Source: Alphaproteobacteria bacterium
Lineage (GTDB): Bacteria > Pseudomonadota > Alphaproteobacteria > Bin95
Direction: 5' to 3'
Length of the DNA stretch: 64,000 bases
NCBI GenBank assembly: GCA_963665325.3
Contig: OZ224045.1
Location: 704,001 to 768,000 of the forward strand
The translations under genes and the position numbers were made by a program. The notes under the pieces are model-generated. The model had not been told where the DNA came from. It saw nothing but the letters and a program-made list of their open reading frames with translations, and searched no databases. Shown here piece after piece: positions 36,805 through 47,862 of this stretch (position 1 is its first letter; every line of letters begins with the position of its first letter).

Positions 36805-37902
36805 ATGGCCCAGATCCTCCTGAAGAACCTGCGCAAGTCCTATGACGAAACCGAGGCCGTACGAGGCATCGACCTGAATATAGAACACAATGAGTTCGTC
36901 GTTCTTGTCGGCCCTTCCGGTTGCGGCAAGACCACCACATTGCGCATGATCGCCGGCTTGGAGGAGATCACGGGCGGAGAGATATTTATCGGGGACCGGC
37001 TCATCAACAATGTGCCGCCCAAGGACCGCGATATTGCGATGGTCTTCCAGAATTACGCGCTCTATCCGCATATGACGGTCGAGCAGAACATGTCCTTCGG
37101 CTTGCGCCTGCGCAAGGTCGCGAATGCGGAGATCGCGCGGCGCGTCAATCATGCCGCGGATATTCTGAGTATTGGCGAGCTGCTTGCCCGGCGCCCGAAA
37201 CAGCTATCCGGCGGCCAGCGCCAGCGCGTGGCCATGGGCCGGGCCATCGTGCGCAATCCGGAGGCCTTCCTGTTCGATGAGCCGCTGTCCAACCTGGATG
37301 CCAAGCTGCGCGTGCAGATGCGCACCGAAATCAAGAAGATCCACCGGAGGGTGCAGACTACGGTGGTCTATGTGACGCACGACCAGGTCGAGGCCATGAC
37401 GCTCGCGGACCGCATCGTGGTGATGAACAACGGCATCATCGAGCAGGTGGGCTCGCCGCAGGAGATGTATGAGTCTCCCCAAACCCGCTTCGTGGCCGGC
37501 TTTATCGGGTCTCCGGCGATGAATTTCATCCCCTGCAGGATCGTGCAGAGCGGATCCGGCCTGGCGGTTCGTCTGTCGGAGGACATCTCCCTGAACCTGC
37601 CGGACGAGCAGGCGAACCGCTACAGGGACTATCTCGACAAGGACATGGTGTTCGGCATCCGGCCCGAACACATGACAGAGCAACGCCAGCACACGAATGA
37701 GCAGCAACTGGATTTCGGCTGTGTCGTCGAGGTGCTCGAACCCATGGGCATCGACACCATGGTGTTCGTCGAGATCAACGGGGTCGATGTGACCGCACGC
37801 GCGGCCCCCAGGTCGGTCAGCAATCTAGGCGAAGAGATGATGTTCACCATCGACATGAACAACATGCACCTGATCGACCCCAAGACCGACAGGGTAGTCT
37901 GA
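36805..37902 (+). CDS. Carbohydrate ABC transporter ATP-binding protein (MalK/UgpC-like)
   Basis: [16 protein letters not shown] and FDEPLSNLD motifs. Confidence 0.95.
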   Translation: MAQILLKNLRKSYDETEAVRGIDLNIEHNEFVVLVGPSGCGKTTTLRMIAGLEEITGGEIFIGDRLINNVPPKDRDIAMVFQNYALYPHMTVEQNMSFGLRLRKVANAEIARRVNHAADILSIGELLARRPKQLSGGQRQRVAMGRAIVRNPEAFLFDEPLSNLDAKLRVQMRTEIKKIHRRVQTTVVYVTHDQVEAMTLADRIVVMNNGIIEQVGSPQEMYESPQTRFVAGFIGSPAMNFIPCRIVQSGSGLAVRLSEDISLNLPDEQANRYRDYLDKDMVFGIRPEHMTEQRQHTNEQQLDFGCVVEVLEPMGIDTMVFVEINGVDVTARAAPRSVSNLGEEMMFTIDMNNMHLIDPKTDRVV

Positions 37903-37978
37903 CAGCCGGATTTCAGACCGATACCCTGCCGGCTAGTTCAGGCCAGCCATTTAACCGCCCGAGCCGGTCGGCACGCAC

Positions 37979-38893
37979 TCAATGGCAGAATGCCGACCGG
38001 GGCGAGACCACCAGTTCCGATATCCGGGCGTGGTGGGTGTTCTTCATGAGCACCTGGACGGCGTGGAAGCCGTATTCGCGGACCAGCGTTTCGATTTCGG
38101 GGGTTCGGTCGTAGGTCATCAGGAAGTCCGACTTACGTTCCCCGAGCAGTGCGAACAGGCGAGCATGGTCGATGTCGTTATGCGCGTAGAGCCGCTTGCC
38201 AGCTCTCTTGCCACCGGCGGTATAGGGCGGGTCTACAAACAGCGCGGCATCGTCCGGAATGGACTCCAGCACAGCCATCCCATCGTCGTGGCGGATTTCG
38301 ATACAGCGCGCGCAGTCGGCGATGGCGAAAAGTCGTCGGACGAGTGTCCCCGGATACCAGCGCGAAGCCACGCCCTTCCCGCTCTCGCCATAGCGTGAGA
38401 GGGACGCGCCCGGCGCGAGGATGCCCCCGCGACGGGTGCGGTTAAGGACGAGCGTGCGGAAGCCGTGCTCCAGGACATTCGCCGGGACTTGGCGCGAAAA
38501 CGCATCCACCGAATCCCGCGTCGGCTGGAATTGCCGGACCATCTCGCACAGCTCGGGACCGTGGCGGAGCGCGGCGTGCCAGAAGGCGGCCACGTCGCGA
38601 TCCAGCTCCACCATCAGGCAGCGGTCCACCAGCCCTTCCATCACCGCCGTCAACGAGACGATGCCACCGCCGGCGAAGGGCTCGACGAGCAGCTTCGGAC
38701 GGGGCTCGATGCCCTTCAGCCAGTGGCGGATATGCGGGATGAGCCATGTCTTGCCGCCCGGGTAGCGCAGCGGGCTGCGCTGCGGCACGGAGGCCACATT
38801 GACCGCCGGTATGGACGAAACCGGGATCGGGTCCGGGGTTTCGGCAGAATCCAGCGCCGCCACGGCCTCTGTCAGAATCGCACCCTTGCCCAT
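37979..38893 (-). CDS. DNA adenine methyltransferase (Dam/D12 class)
   Basis: SPLRYPGGK, EPFAGG and FVDPPY motifs. Confidence 0.9.
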   Translation of the reverse strand: MGKGAILTEAVAALDSAETPDPIPVSSIPAVNVASVPQRSPLRYPGGKTWLIPHIRHWLKGIEPRPKLLVEPFAGGGIVSLTAVMEGLVDRCLMVELDRDVAAFWHAALRHGPELCEMVRQFQPTRDSVDAFSRQVPANVLEHGFRTLVLNRTRRGGILAPGASLSRYGESGKGVASRWYPGTLVRRLFAIADCARCIEIRHDDGMAVLESIPDDAALFVDPPYTAGGKRAGKRLYAHNDIDHARLFALLGERKSDFLMTYDRTPEIETLVREYGFHAVQVLMKNTHHARISELVVSPRSAFCH

Positions 38894-38924
38894 GGCTTCC
38901 AGTTAGCACGAACGCCCGCAGCCG

Positions 38925-40007
38925 TCAGGCGGTGCGGCCCTCCTTCATCGCCTCCTCGGTGAAGACGAGGCCGTGGCCGGGTTTCTCCGGAGCGCGGACG
39001 ATGCCGTTCTCGGCGAGCGGCGGGTCGGCGAACAGGTCCTGCATCAGGCCCATATCCTCGAGGATCAGCCCGTTCGGGATCGAGGCCATGAGCTGGATCA
39101 TCAGCTCGGGATAGAGATGCGGGGCGATGGTCATGCCCCAGGTGTCCGCGATCGCCGCCGTCTTGCGCAGGTCGGTCAGCCCGCCGCGCACCACGTCCGG
39201 CTGGAGGATCGGCAGCTTCGGGTTCTCGAAAAAGGGCTTGAGGTCGAAGCGCGTCATGTGGCTCTCACCGCCGACGACCCGGAGATCGAGCGCATCGGCG
39301 ATCCGGAAATAGCCGGCGAAATCGTCCGGCACGACCGGCTCCTCCAGCCAGTAGATGTCGTACTCTTCCAGCTTGCGGCCCTGCAGGATGGCGTGGTCTG
39401 CGGTCCAGGCCATGTTGACGTCGACCATGATATCGACCTCCGGCCCGACGGCCTCGCGCACCCGGCGGACATGCTCCAGGTCCTGGGCGTCGGTCCACGC
39501 ATGGCCGACCTGCATCTTGACCGCCGGGTAGCCCTCGGCCTTGAAGCGCAACGCCTTTTCGACCATCGCGTCGGGCGAAAGCCCCCGCCAGACGCCCGAA
39601 CCGTAGGCCGGGACCTCAGCCCGGTAGTGGCCCCAGAGACGGTGCAGCGGCATCCCGGCGGCCTGGCCGACAATGTCCCAAAGCGCCACGTCGATGGCCG
39701 AGAGCGCCAGCACCGGGGCCCCGCCGCGCCCGTCCGCCAGCGAGGCGGTCCAGAGCTCGTGCCAGATCGCCTCGATCTCGCTCGCGTCGCGGCCGATCAG
39801 GTGGGGCACCATGGTCTCTTCCAGGCAGGTCTTCACCGTGCGGAAGCCTTCGCGCAGATAGAGCTGGTAGCCGAGCCCGACATGACCCGAGCGCGTCTCG
39901 ATCTCGACCGCCAGCACATTGCGGTCCCTGGAATAACCGCGCTGGACCGCCGGCTGTTCCCGCCAGGGCAAGACGAGCAGATGAACGCGGATGTCCTCTA
40001 TACGCAT
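38925..40007 (-). CDS. Mandelate racemase/muconate lactonizing enzyme family
   Basis: SAIDVALWD, KMQ, MVDVN, WLEEP, GGES and APH motifs. Confidence 0.92.
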   Translation of the reverse strand: MRIEDIRVHLLVLPWREQPAVQRGYSRDRNVLAVEIETRSGHVGLGYQLYLREGFRTVKTCLEETMVPHLIGRDASEIEAIWHELWTASLADGRGGAPVLALSAIDVALWDIVGQAAGMPLHRLWGHYRAEVPAYGSGVWRGLSPDAMVEKALRFKAEGYPAVKMQVGHAWTDAQDLEHVRRVREAVGPEVDIMVDVNMAWTADHAILQGRKLEEYDIYWLEEPVVPDDFAGYFRIADALDLRVVGGESHMTRFDLKPFFENPKLPILQPDVVRGGLTDLRKTAAIADTWGMTIAPHLYPELMIQLMASIPNGLILEDMGLMQDLFADPPLAENGIVRAPEKPGHGLVFTEEAMKEGRTA

Positions 40008-40684
40008 GGGGTCTCCTCTTCGCCCACGAAGGTCAGGAACTCTTCGAGCGGCGCACGCGGGGTTTCGAAACGGTTAACGAGGGCCTCGTTGTCCACACGG
40101 CCGAGCGCCATACCGCAGACCAGGGCTTCGTCTTCGCCCGCGCCGACATGGGCGCCCACCACAGTGTGGAAATTGGCCCACGCGCCCTGCGGGCAGGTAT
40201 CGAGCCCGCGGGCGCGCGCCGCCATCATGATGGATTGCAGGAACATACCGGTATCGACCCAGCTGCCGATGCTCAACGCCTTGTGGACGAAGACGAACAG
40301 ACCGACCGGCGCACCGAAGAAGAGATAGTTGCGCCGTTGCTGGGCCTCTGCTGCCTCCCGGTCGCCCTTGCCGATGCCGAGCAGCGTATAGAGGCCGATG
40401 CCGTTCTCCCGCCGTCGCTGGCGGAAGATTTCCGGCAGGTCGCGCGGCTGCCCCGGATATTCGCGCTCCGGCCAGGGCCGGCATTCGCGCCGCGCCAGCA
40501 CAGCGGCGCACAGGCGCTCGCGAACCGCGCCGTCTACCGCATAGACGGTCCAGGGCTGCGTGTTCTGGCCGCTCGGCGCATGGGAGGCGACACGCAGGAT
40601 CTCCTCGACCGTGGCGCGCGGCACCGGGTCCGGCAGGAACGCCCGGACCGAACGGCGCGATATCAAGGCCTCGTCAACCGTCAT
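39998..40684 (-). CDS. Nitroreductase
   Basis: SRRSVRAF, APSGQNTQPW and GLDTCPQ motifs; ATGA overlap with selB. Confidence 0.92.
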   Translation of the reverse strand: MTVDEALISRRSVRAFLPDPVPRATVEEILRVASHAPSGQNTQPWTVYAVDGAVRERLCAAVLARRECRPWPEREYPGQPRDLPEIFRQRRRENGIGLYTLLGIGKGDREAAEAQQRRNYLFFGAPVGLFVFVHKALSIGSWVDTGMFLQSIMMAARARGLDTCPQGAWANFHTVVGAHVGAGEDEALVCGMALGRVDNEALVNRFETPRAPLEEFLTFVGEEETPCV

Positions 40685-42570
40685 TCCCGCCACTCCCTGA
40701 CGATCCGCCGCGCATCGCCCTCGCGCCGGGTGAAGCCTTCCTTGTCGAAAAACTCCAGCAATTCGATGGTGACATTGCGTCCGATGCCGGAGCGGTCCTT
40801 GTAATCCGCGGCTGTGAAGCGCCCGTCGGCGCTCTCCGCCGCCAGAGTTTCGGCGATGCCGGCCAGCCCCTTGAGCGCGGCCGGCGGAAACCAGCGATTG
40901 TCCGCAACGCGCCGTACCAGGCCGAAGCGCCCCGCCTGGCGCAGCACACCCTCGACCCGGACGTGATCGACCTTGAGCATGTCGGCCAGTTCGCGCACGC
41001 GCGGCGGACGCAGACCGCCTTCCGTGACCAGCGGTTCGATCCGCTGCCAGAGCGCTTCCTCCTCCGGGGCAAGCGCCGCGCGGTGGCCCGGCCGATGAAC
41101 GAAGCCGCCGGAGCGCGCGAGCTTGCCGGCGGAAGCGAGCGCCGCCAACGCCGCCTCCGCGATGTCGCGCGGCGGCACCGGGTCCAGCCGCCGGCGCAGC
41201 GCCACGGGACCGAGGCCGGGGCTGTCCGGATGAGCCGCCGTCCATTCATCCACCTCGCGCTCGAAGGCGTCGCAAAGCGCCTGCCAGCGCCCGGCATCGA
41301 CTGCAACCGGACCCGCGAACACGACGCCGTCCCTCCGGCGCAGCACCGCCTGCTCCGCGTCGTTCAGGTTGTACGCCAGCGCAAACCGGGCAAAGTCGAA
41401 CCCGAACGCCGTCGCCTCCACCAGCCCGCCGAACGGGTCGTCCCCAGCGCGCGCCGCGAGCTCGGCCAGCCGCTCCGGCCGCGCCCGGCCGCGCGCCGGC
41501 GGAAACGGATCGGCGACCCGCCCGCCCGCAATGGTGCGCATCGCCGACTGGTCGCGCAGCACGATTCCGTCGCCTGCAAGCGCGCCGATCTCCCGATCCA
41601 GCAGCAATTGCGCCCAGCCGGCCGCGCCCGGCGCAATGGACGGGCCGTCCAGCACCGCCACCCGCCCGGTGACGTCGGCTGCGCCCAGGTGGACGTGCAC
41701 GGGCGTGCGGTCGCGGAGCGGCCGCGCCTCGCTGCCGAGCACCCTGAGCCTGATGTCGATGCGGCGGGTCGGCCCGTGTGCCTCGGGCGCCAGCAGCCAG
41801 TCGCCGCGGGAGACGGCGTGGCGGCGGAGACCGGCTCCGGCGAGGTTGAGCGCCACCCGCTGCCCCGCCTGGGCAGCATGACTCTCGACATTCTCGGCAT
41901 GGATGGCGCGCACCCGCGCCCCGACGCCGCCGGGCGAGACCAGCAGACGGTCGCCGACCTTGACCGCGCCTGAAAACGCCGTTCCGGTGACCACGAGCCC
42001 CGCGCCGCGCAGGGTGAAACTGCGGTCAACCGCCAGCCGGAACCGCCCCGCCGCCCGCCGCCGCCCGACCGCGCCCGCAAGGCGCTGCAGCGCCCGGCGA
42101 AGCTCCGGCACGCCCTCCCCGGTTATCGCGGAGACCGGCAGCACCGGTGCGCCAGCAAGCCCGGTATCGGCTGCGAGCGCCTGCGCCTCTTCGGCAACCG
42201 CCTGTACGCGCTCCGGCTCCGCGCGGTCGGCCTTGGTCACGGCGATTATGCCGCGCTGCACGCCCAGCAGGTCGAGGATCGCCAGATGCTCGCGCGTCTG
42301 CGGCATCGGCCCGTCGTCGGCGGCCACGATCAGCAGCGCCGCATCTATGCCGGTGACGCCCGCCAGCATGTTCTTGATGAACCGTTCGTGCCCCGGCACG
42401 TCGATGAAGCCGATTGTCTGGCCGGGGCCGGCCTGCCAGTAGGCGAAGCCCAGGTCGATGGTGAGCCCCCTCGCCTTCTCCTCCGGCAGCCGGTCGGCGT
42501 CGGTGCCCGTAAGAGCCTTCACCAGCGAGGTCTTGCCGTGGTCGATATGCCCGGCGGTCGCGACGATCAT
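40681..42570 (-). CDS. selB: Selenocysteine-specific elongation factor
   Basis: [18 protein letters not shown] and C-terminal w[18 protein letters not shown]. Confidence 0.97.
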   Translation of the reverse strand: MIVATAGHIDHGKTSLVKALTGTDADRLPEEKARGLTIDLGFAYWQAGPGQTIGFIDVPGHERFIKNMLAGVTGIDAALLIVAADDGPMPQTREHLAILDLLGVQRGIIAVTKADRAEPERVQAVAEEAQALAADTGLAGAPVLPVSAITGEGVPELRRALQRLAGAVGRRRAAGRFRLAVDRSFTLRGAGLVVTGTAFSGAVKVGDRLLVSPGGVGARVRAIHAENVESHAAQAGQRVALNLAGAGLRRHAVSRGDWLLAPEAHGPTRRIDIRLRVLGSEARPLRDRTPVHVHLGAADVTGRVAVLDGPSIAPGAAGWAQLLLDREIGALAGDGIVLRDQSAMRTIAGGRVADPFPPARGRARPERLAELAARAGDDPFGGLVEATAFGFDFARFALAYNLNDAEQAVLRRRDGVVFAGPVAVDAGRWQALCDAFEREVDEWTAAHPDSPGLGPVALRRRLDPVPPRDIAEAALAALASAGKLARSGGFVHRPGHRAALAPEEEALWQRIEPLVTEGGLRPPRVRELADMLKVDHVRVEGVLRQAGRFGLVRRVADNRWFPPAALKGLAGIAETLAAESADGRFTAADYKDRSGIGRNVTIELLEFFDKEGFTRREGDARRIVREWRE

Positions 42571-43913
42571 GGCCCGAGTTGGGACAGGAAAGCGTCTTCG
42601 TCGTCAAGGGTGCGCAGATCGAAGAGCAGCCGCCCCTCGGAGATGCGCCCGATGACCGGGATGGGCAGCTGCCGGAAGGCCGCCGCGCGCGCTTCGAGCG
42701 CCTTGCCGCCGGGAGCGGAGAGCGCAAGAGCCCGGCTCTCGAGCCGTTCCACCGGCAGCGACCCGGAGCCGATCTGGCTCAGCGCGGTCACGACCTCGGC
42801 ACCCTCTATCGCCGGCGCAAGCCGATGTGCCTGGGCCTCGATTTCCTCTACCGGACGGGTGAGGATGCGCAGCGCAGGCAGGCGTTCCGCCAGCCGGTCG
42901 GGGTCCCGATAAAGCCGCAACACCGCCTCCAGCGCGGCGAGCGACAGCTTGCCGAGGCGCATGGCGCGGCGCATCGGGTTGTTCTTGATCGCTGCGACGA
43001 GGTCTGCCCGGCCGACGATAATGCCTGCTTGCGGGCCGCCCAGCAGCTTGTCGCCGCTGAAGGTAACCAGACCGGCCCCGTCTGCGAGCGCGTGGCCCGG
43101 CATGGGCTCCTGCGGAAGGCCGTAACGTGCAAGATCGACAAGCTGCCCGGCACCCAGATCCACCGCATAAGGCACGCCTGCCGCCTCCGCGATGCAGGCA
43201 AGGCGGTCGTCAGGCACCGAGGCCGCGAAGCCGACGACTTCATAGTTGGAGGTGTGCACCTTCATGACGCAGCCCGTTTCCGGGCCGATGGCGGCCTCGA
43301 AGTCGCTTGCATGCGTGCGGTTGGTGGTGCCGACCTCGACCATGCGGGCGCCGGCGCGGGCCATGATTTCCGGCATCCGGAAGGAGCCGCCGATCTCGAC
43401 GAGTTCGCCGCGCGAGACCAGCGTGTCCCGCCCTGCCGACAGGCTGTTCAGCACCAGCAATACGGCGGCGGCATTGTTGTTGACGGCGGTTGCGGCTTCC
43501 GCGCCCGTAAGTTCGGTGAGCAACGCCTCGACATGGGAGTCCCGGTCGCCCCGCCGCCCGGTCTCCAGATCGTATTCGAGATTGCAATTTCCGGCAGCGG
43601 CAGCGACGGCGGCGACGGCCTCTTCCGGCAAGGGCGCCCGGCCCAGATTGGTGTGCAGTACCACGCCTGTCAGGTTGAAGACACGGCGGAGCGAAAGTCG
43701 CGCACGGGCCGCGATATGGGCCGCCGCCACCGGCCCGAGCCCAGTCGGGTCGAGCGCGCGGCCGGCCCCCAACACTCTCCGCGCATCCGCCAAAGCCTTC
43801 CGTGCGCCTGCCAGTGCCTCGGATCGCCCGTATTCCTCAGCCGCAGCCGCAAGGGCAGGCTCTTCGAGCAGCCGGTCCACCGAAGGCAGGATCGAGAAAT
43901 CCGGGCGTGACAT
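42567..43913 (-). CDS. selA: L-seryl-tRNA(Sec) selenium transferase
   Basis: [28 protein letters not shown] and [13 protein letters not shown] motifs. Confidence 0.97.
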   Translation of the reverse strand: MSRPDFSILPSVDRLLEEPALAAAAEEYGRSEALAGARKALADARRVLGAGRALDPTGLGPVAAAHIAARARLSLRRVFNLTGVVLHTNLGRAPLPEEAVAAVAAAAGNCNLEYDLETGRRGDRDSHVEALLTELTGAEAATAVNNNAAAVLLVLNSLSAGRDTLVSRGELVEIGGSFRMPEIMARAGARMVEVGTTNRTHASDFEAAIGPETGCVMKVHTSNYEVVGFAASVPDDRLACIAEAAGVPYAVDLGAGQLVDLARYGLPQEPMPGHALADGAGLVTFSGDKLLGGPQAGIIVGRADLVAAIKNNPMRRAMRLGKLSLAALEAVLRLYRDPDRLAERLPALRILTRPVEEIEAQAHRLAPAIEGAEVVTALSQIGSGSLPVERLESRALALSAPGGKALEARAAAFRQLPIPVIGRISEGRLLFDLRTLDDEDAFLSQLGP

Positions 43914-44166
43914 CCTTCAAGGACCCCTGTGCCTAGCGAACCAAGCCATCGCCAAACGGCTCCCAATACGTCGCCGCGCATGCGGCAACCGACCGCCCAC
44001 AATATCGCTACGGCGTTCGCTGCGACACCAAAGTTGGCCTTCCGTATCATTTTTTGCTTGGCCTCGGCGTGCGGGTTGGCTACCAAACCTCACATACACG
44101 CCTCAGGCATCGGGACAGTAAACGATCCGACCCAGGCGTTCGCACTCGCCAGGGGAGACCGAAGCC

Positions 44167-46116
44167 ATGGCCGGCGCTCTACCGGATGTCGTGCAACACG
44201 ACACATTCCCGAAGCTGCTGCGCTACAACGCCGAACATCGCGCATCGCTGGCGGCCGTCCGCGAAAAGGACCTCGGCATCTGGCAAACCTGGACCTGGGC
44301 CGACTTCCGAGACGCTGTGCGCAAGCTTACCGCCGGCATGAAGGCGCTTGGCCTGAAGCGCGGAGAGAAGATCGCCATCGTCGGCGATAACCGGCCGCGG
44401 CTCTATTTCGCCATGAGCGCCGCGCAGAGCCTCGGCGCCATTCCCGTGCCGGTTTACCAGGATGCGGTGGCGGACGAGATGCGCTTCGTGCTGGACCATG
44501 CCGAAGTCGCATTCATCGTGGCGGAAGATCAGGAGCAGGTCGATAAAGTCCTGTCTCAAAAGGAACATCTCCCCGCCCTGCGGACAGTCATATATGATGA
44601 CCCGCGCGGGATGCGGGACTATAGCGAACCCTTCCTGCATGCCTATGACGATGTCGTCGGCATGGGCGACGAAAGCGGCTGGGAAGACGAGGTCGATCTC
44701 GGCAAGGGAACCGACACCGCGATCATCCTCTATACTTCCGGCACGACCGGCACGCCGAAGGGCGTGGTGCTCTCCTACGACAATCTCGTGCTCTGCGCGA
44801 AGATCGGCGCGGACTTCGAGAACCTGCGCGAGGACGAGGTCGTGCTGGCCTATTTGCCGATGGCCTGGGTCGGCGACAACGTGCTCTCCTATTGCCAGGC
44901 GCATCTGGTCGGCTTCTCGTTCGCCTGCCCGGAATCCCCGGAAACGGTGCCGCATGACCTGCGCGAACTGGGGCCTACCTATTTCTTCGCGCCGCCGCGC
45001 GTGTTCGAGAACCTGCTGACCCAGGTGACGATCCGCATGGAGGATGCCGCGCCCCTGAAACAGCGCGTTTTCCGCTTCTTCATGAATGTCGCCAACCGCG
45101 CGGGGGCGCACATTCTGGAAGGCCGCAAGGTGGGCATTGCAGACCGGCTGCTTTACCGGCTCGGCGAGGTATTTGTTTACGGCCCGCTCAAGAATGTGCT
45201 GGGCCTCTCGCGGCTTCGGGTCGGCTATACCGCCGGCGAGGCCATCGGGCCTGAAATCTTCCGCTTCTTCCGTTCGCTCGGCATCAACCTGAAGCAGCTC
45301 TACGGCCAGACCGAGGCCAGCGTGTTCGTCACCATCCAGGCCAACGACGACGTGCGCCCCGAGAGCGTCGGTCCGCCGGCGCCCGGTGTCGAGTTGCGCA
45401 TCACAGAGGAAGGCGAGGTGCTCTACCGCAGTCCGGGCGTCTTCCAGGAGTACTACAAGAACAGCGAAGCCACCGCCGAAACCAAGACGGACGACGGCTG
45501 GGTACATACGGGCGACGCGGGCGTGATCGACGGCGACGGCCACCTGCGGATCATCGACCGCGCCAAGGATGTCGGCAGGCTCGTGGACGGCACCCTGTTC
45601 GCGCCGAAATATCTCGAAAACAAGCTGAAGTTCTATCCGAACATCCGCGAGGCGGTGACCTTCGGCCATGAGCGGGACTTCGTGACCGCGATGATAAACA
45701 TCGACATCGAGGCGGTCGGCAACTGGGCCGAGAGGCGCAATATCCCCTATTCCAGCTACCAGGAGCTCGCCGCGCGACCGGAGGTTCTGGACATCGTCGA
45801 GGGCAATGTTTCGGAATTCAATGCAGGTTTGGCGGCCGACCCGCAATTTGCCGGCTCGCAGATCCGCCGCTTCATCGTGCTGCACAAGATGCTCGACGCC
45901 GACGACGGCGAACTCACCCGCACGCAGAAGGTGCGCCGCCGCTTCATCGCCGACCGCTACGCCCCGGCGATCGCGGCGCTCTATGGCGGCGATGACAAGA
46001 TCGTGCTCGAAACGCCTGTGACCTTCGAGGACGGGCGGTCGGACACGATCACCGGCGACCTCGCCATCCGCGACGCCCGCGTCACCGCGGCCGGCGGCGA
46101 AAGGGCCGCTGCATGA
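44167..46116 (+). CDS. Long-chain fatty-acid-CoA ligase (AMP-binding)
   Basis: YTSGTTGTPKG, YGQTE and HTGDAG motifs. Confidence 0.92.
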   Translation: MAGALPDVVQHDTFPKLLRYNAEHRASLAAVREKDLGIWQTWTWADFRDAVRKLTAGMKALGLKRGEKIAIVGDNRPRLYFAMSAAQSLGAIPVPVYQDAVADEMRFVLDHAEVAFIVAEDQEQVDKVLSQKEHLPALRTVIYDDPRGMRDYSEPFLHAYDDVVGMGDESGWEDEVDLGKGTDTAIILYTSGTTGTPKGVVLSYDNLVLCAKIGADFENLREDEVVLAYLPMAWVGDNVLSYCQAHLVGFSFACPESPETVPHDLRELGPTYFFAPPRVFENLLTQVTIRMEDAAPLKQRVFRFFMNVANRAGAHILEGRKVGIADRLLYRLGEVFVYGPLKNVLGLSRLRVGYTAGEAIGPEIFRFFRSLGINLKQLYGQTEASVFVTIQANDDVRPESVGPPAPGVELRITEEGEVLYRSPGVFQEYYKNSEATAETKTDDGWVHTGDAGVIDGDGHLRIIDRAKDVGRLVDGTLFAPKYLENKLKFYPNIREAVTFGHERDFVTAMINIDIEAVGNWAERRNIPYSSYQELAARPEVLDIVEGNVSEFNAGLAADPQFAGSQIRRFIVLHKMLDADDGELTRTQKVRRRFIADRYAPAIAALYGGDDKIVLETPVTFEDGRSDTITGDLAIRDARVTAAGGERAAA

Positions 46117-46895
46117 CCCGGCCGGGAGACATCCTGCTCAGCGTCAAGGACATTTCGCTGCGTTTCGGCGGCGTCCGGGCGCTGACGGATGTCAGCTTCG
46201 ACATTCACGAGGGTGAGATCTTCGCCATCATCGGCCCCAACGGAGCCGGAAAGTCGTCAATGCTGAACTGCATCAACGGCTTCTACCACCCGCAGGAAGG
46301 AACGATCACCTTCAAGGGCGAGGAACGCCGGCAAATGCGCCCGCACGAAGCCGCCGCCCAGGGCATCAGCCGCACCTTCCAGAATATTGCGCTCTTCAAG
46401 GGCATGACGACGCTGGAGAATGTCATGACCGGGCGCATGCTCAAGATGAAGGCTTCTTTCGTGGAACAGGCGTTCTATATGCTCCGGGGCCGGCAGGAGG
46501 AGATCGCCCATCGCGAGAAGGTCGAGGAAGTGATCGACTTCCTTGAGATACAGGCGATCCGCAAGACTCCCGTAGGCCGCCTGCCCTACGGCCTGCAGAA
46601 ACGGGTCGAACTGGCGCGCGCGCTGGCGGCGGAGCCGCAACTGCTGCTGCTCGACGAGCCGATGGCGGGCATGAATGTCGAGGAAAAGGAAGACATGTGC
46701 CGCTTCGTGCTGTCCACCAACCACGAACTCGGCACCACGATCGCGCTCATCGAGCATGACATGGGCGTCGTCATGGACCTTTCCGACCGGGTGGTCGTGC
46801 TCGACTATGGCAAGAAGCTCGCCGAAGGCACGCCGGGTGAGGTCCGCGGCAACCAGGACGTCATCGACGCCTATCTCGGCGTAAGCCACGACTAG
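46113..46895 (+). CDS. LIV-type ABC transporter ATP-binding protein (LivG-like)
   Basis: GPNGAGKS, LLLDEP and IEHDM motifs. Confidence 0.93.
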   Translation: MTRPGDILLSVKDISLRFGGVRALTDVSFDIHEGEIFAIIGPNGAGKSSMLNCINGFYHPQEGTITFKGEERRQMRPHEAAAQGISRTFQNIALFKGMTTLENVMTGRMLKMKASFVEQAFYMLRGRQEEIAHREKVEEVIDFLEIQAIRKTPVGRLPYGLQKRVELARALAAEPQLLLLDEPMAGMNVEEKEDMCRFVLSTNHELGTTIALIEHDMGVVMDLSDRVVVLDYGKKLAEGTPGEVRGNQDVIDAYLGVSHD

Positions 46896-46907
46896 GACGA
46901 CGCGGCG

Positions 46908-47858
46908 ATGGAAACCCTCTACCTCATCCTCATCGACCCCTTTGTGCAGATGGTCGATGAGCCGTCCTTCCTGGTGGAAGTGCTGATCGGCGGGCTGACA
47001 TCGGGCGTCATGTATTCGCTGGTGGCGCTCGGTTTCGTGCTGATCTTCAAGGCCTCGGGCATCTTCAATTTCGCCCAGGGCATCTTCGTCCTGTTCGCGG
47101 CGCTGAACTTCGTCGGGCTGATGGACCTGGGCGTCCATCCGATCCTCGCTTTCGTCATCACGATCGGTATCATGACCGCCCTTGCGTTCGCCGTGGACCG
47201 GCTGGTGTTGCGCCCGCTGGTGAACCAGGACCCGATCATCCTGTTCATGGCGACCATCGGCATCGCTTTCTTTCTGGAAGGCTTCGGGGAGACGCTCTGG
47301 GGCGGCGATGTGCGCCCGGTCCAGGTCGGCATCCCGGATGCGGCGCTCTTCTGGGAGCTGGGCTTCGGCGAAATCCTGGTGCAGTCCGCGGATCTGTTCG
47401 CCGGGGTGATCGCGGCCTTCCTGGTGACGGTGCTGGCGCTGTTCTTCCACTTCACGCCGGTCGGACGAGCCTTGCGCGCCGTCGCCGACGACCACCAGGC
47501 GGCGCTCTCGGTCGGCATTCCGCTCAACAATATCTGGGTGATCGTCTGGGCGGTGGCCGGTTTCGTGGCGCTCGCAGCCGGCATCATGTGGGGTGCCAAG
47601 CTCGGCGTGCAATTCGCGCTCTCCACCATCGCGCTCAAGGCGCTGCCGGTCCTGATTCTCGGCGGCTTCACCTCGATCCCGGGCGCCATTGTCGGCGGGC
47701 TGATCGTCGGTGCGGGCGAGAAGCTGTTCGAGAATTTCTGGGGCGTTCCCTTGCTCGGGGGTGCGACCGAGGACTGGTTCGCCTATATCGTCGCCATGAT
47801 CTTCCTGTTCTTCAGGCCTCAAGGCTTGTTCGGCGAGAAGATCATCGAACGGGTATGA
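46908..47858 (+). CDS. LIV-type ABC permease (LivH-like)
   Basis: YSLVALGFVLI..NFAQG and RPQGLFG. Confidence 0.92.
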   Translation: METLYLILIDPFVQMVDEPSFLVEVLIGGLTSGVMYSLVALGFVLIFKASGIFNFAQGIFVLFAALNFVGLMDLGVHPILAFVITIGIMTALAFAVDRLVLRPLVNQDPIILFMATIGIAFFLEGFGETLWGGDVRPVQVGIPDAALFWELGFGEILVQSADLFAGVIAAFLVTVLALFFHFTPVGRALRAVADDHQAALSVGIPLNNIWVIVWAVAGFVALAAGIMWGAKLGVQFALSTIALKALPVLILGGFTSIPGAIVGGLIVGAGEKLFENFWGVPLLGGATEDWFAYIVAMIFLFFRPQGLFGEKIIERV

Positions 47859-47862
47859 CCTG

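Noticed and set aside
43914-44166. tRNA-Sec (selC) next to selA
   Set aside because: No cloverleaf, T-loop or UCA anticodon arm is recognisable; CCTTCAAGG is just the selA RBS region.
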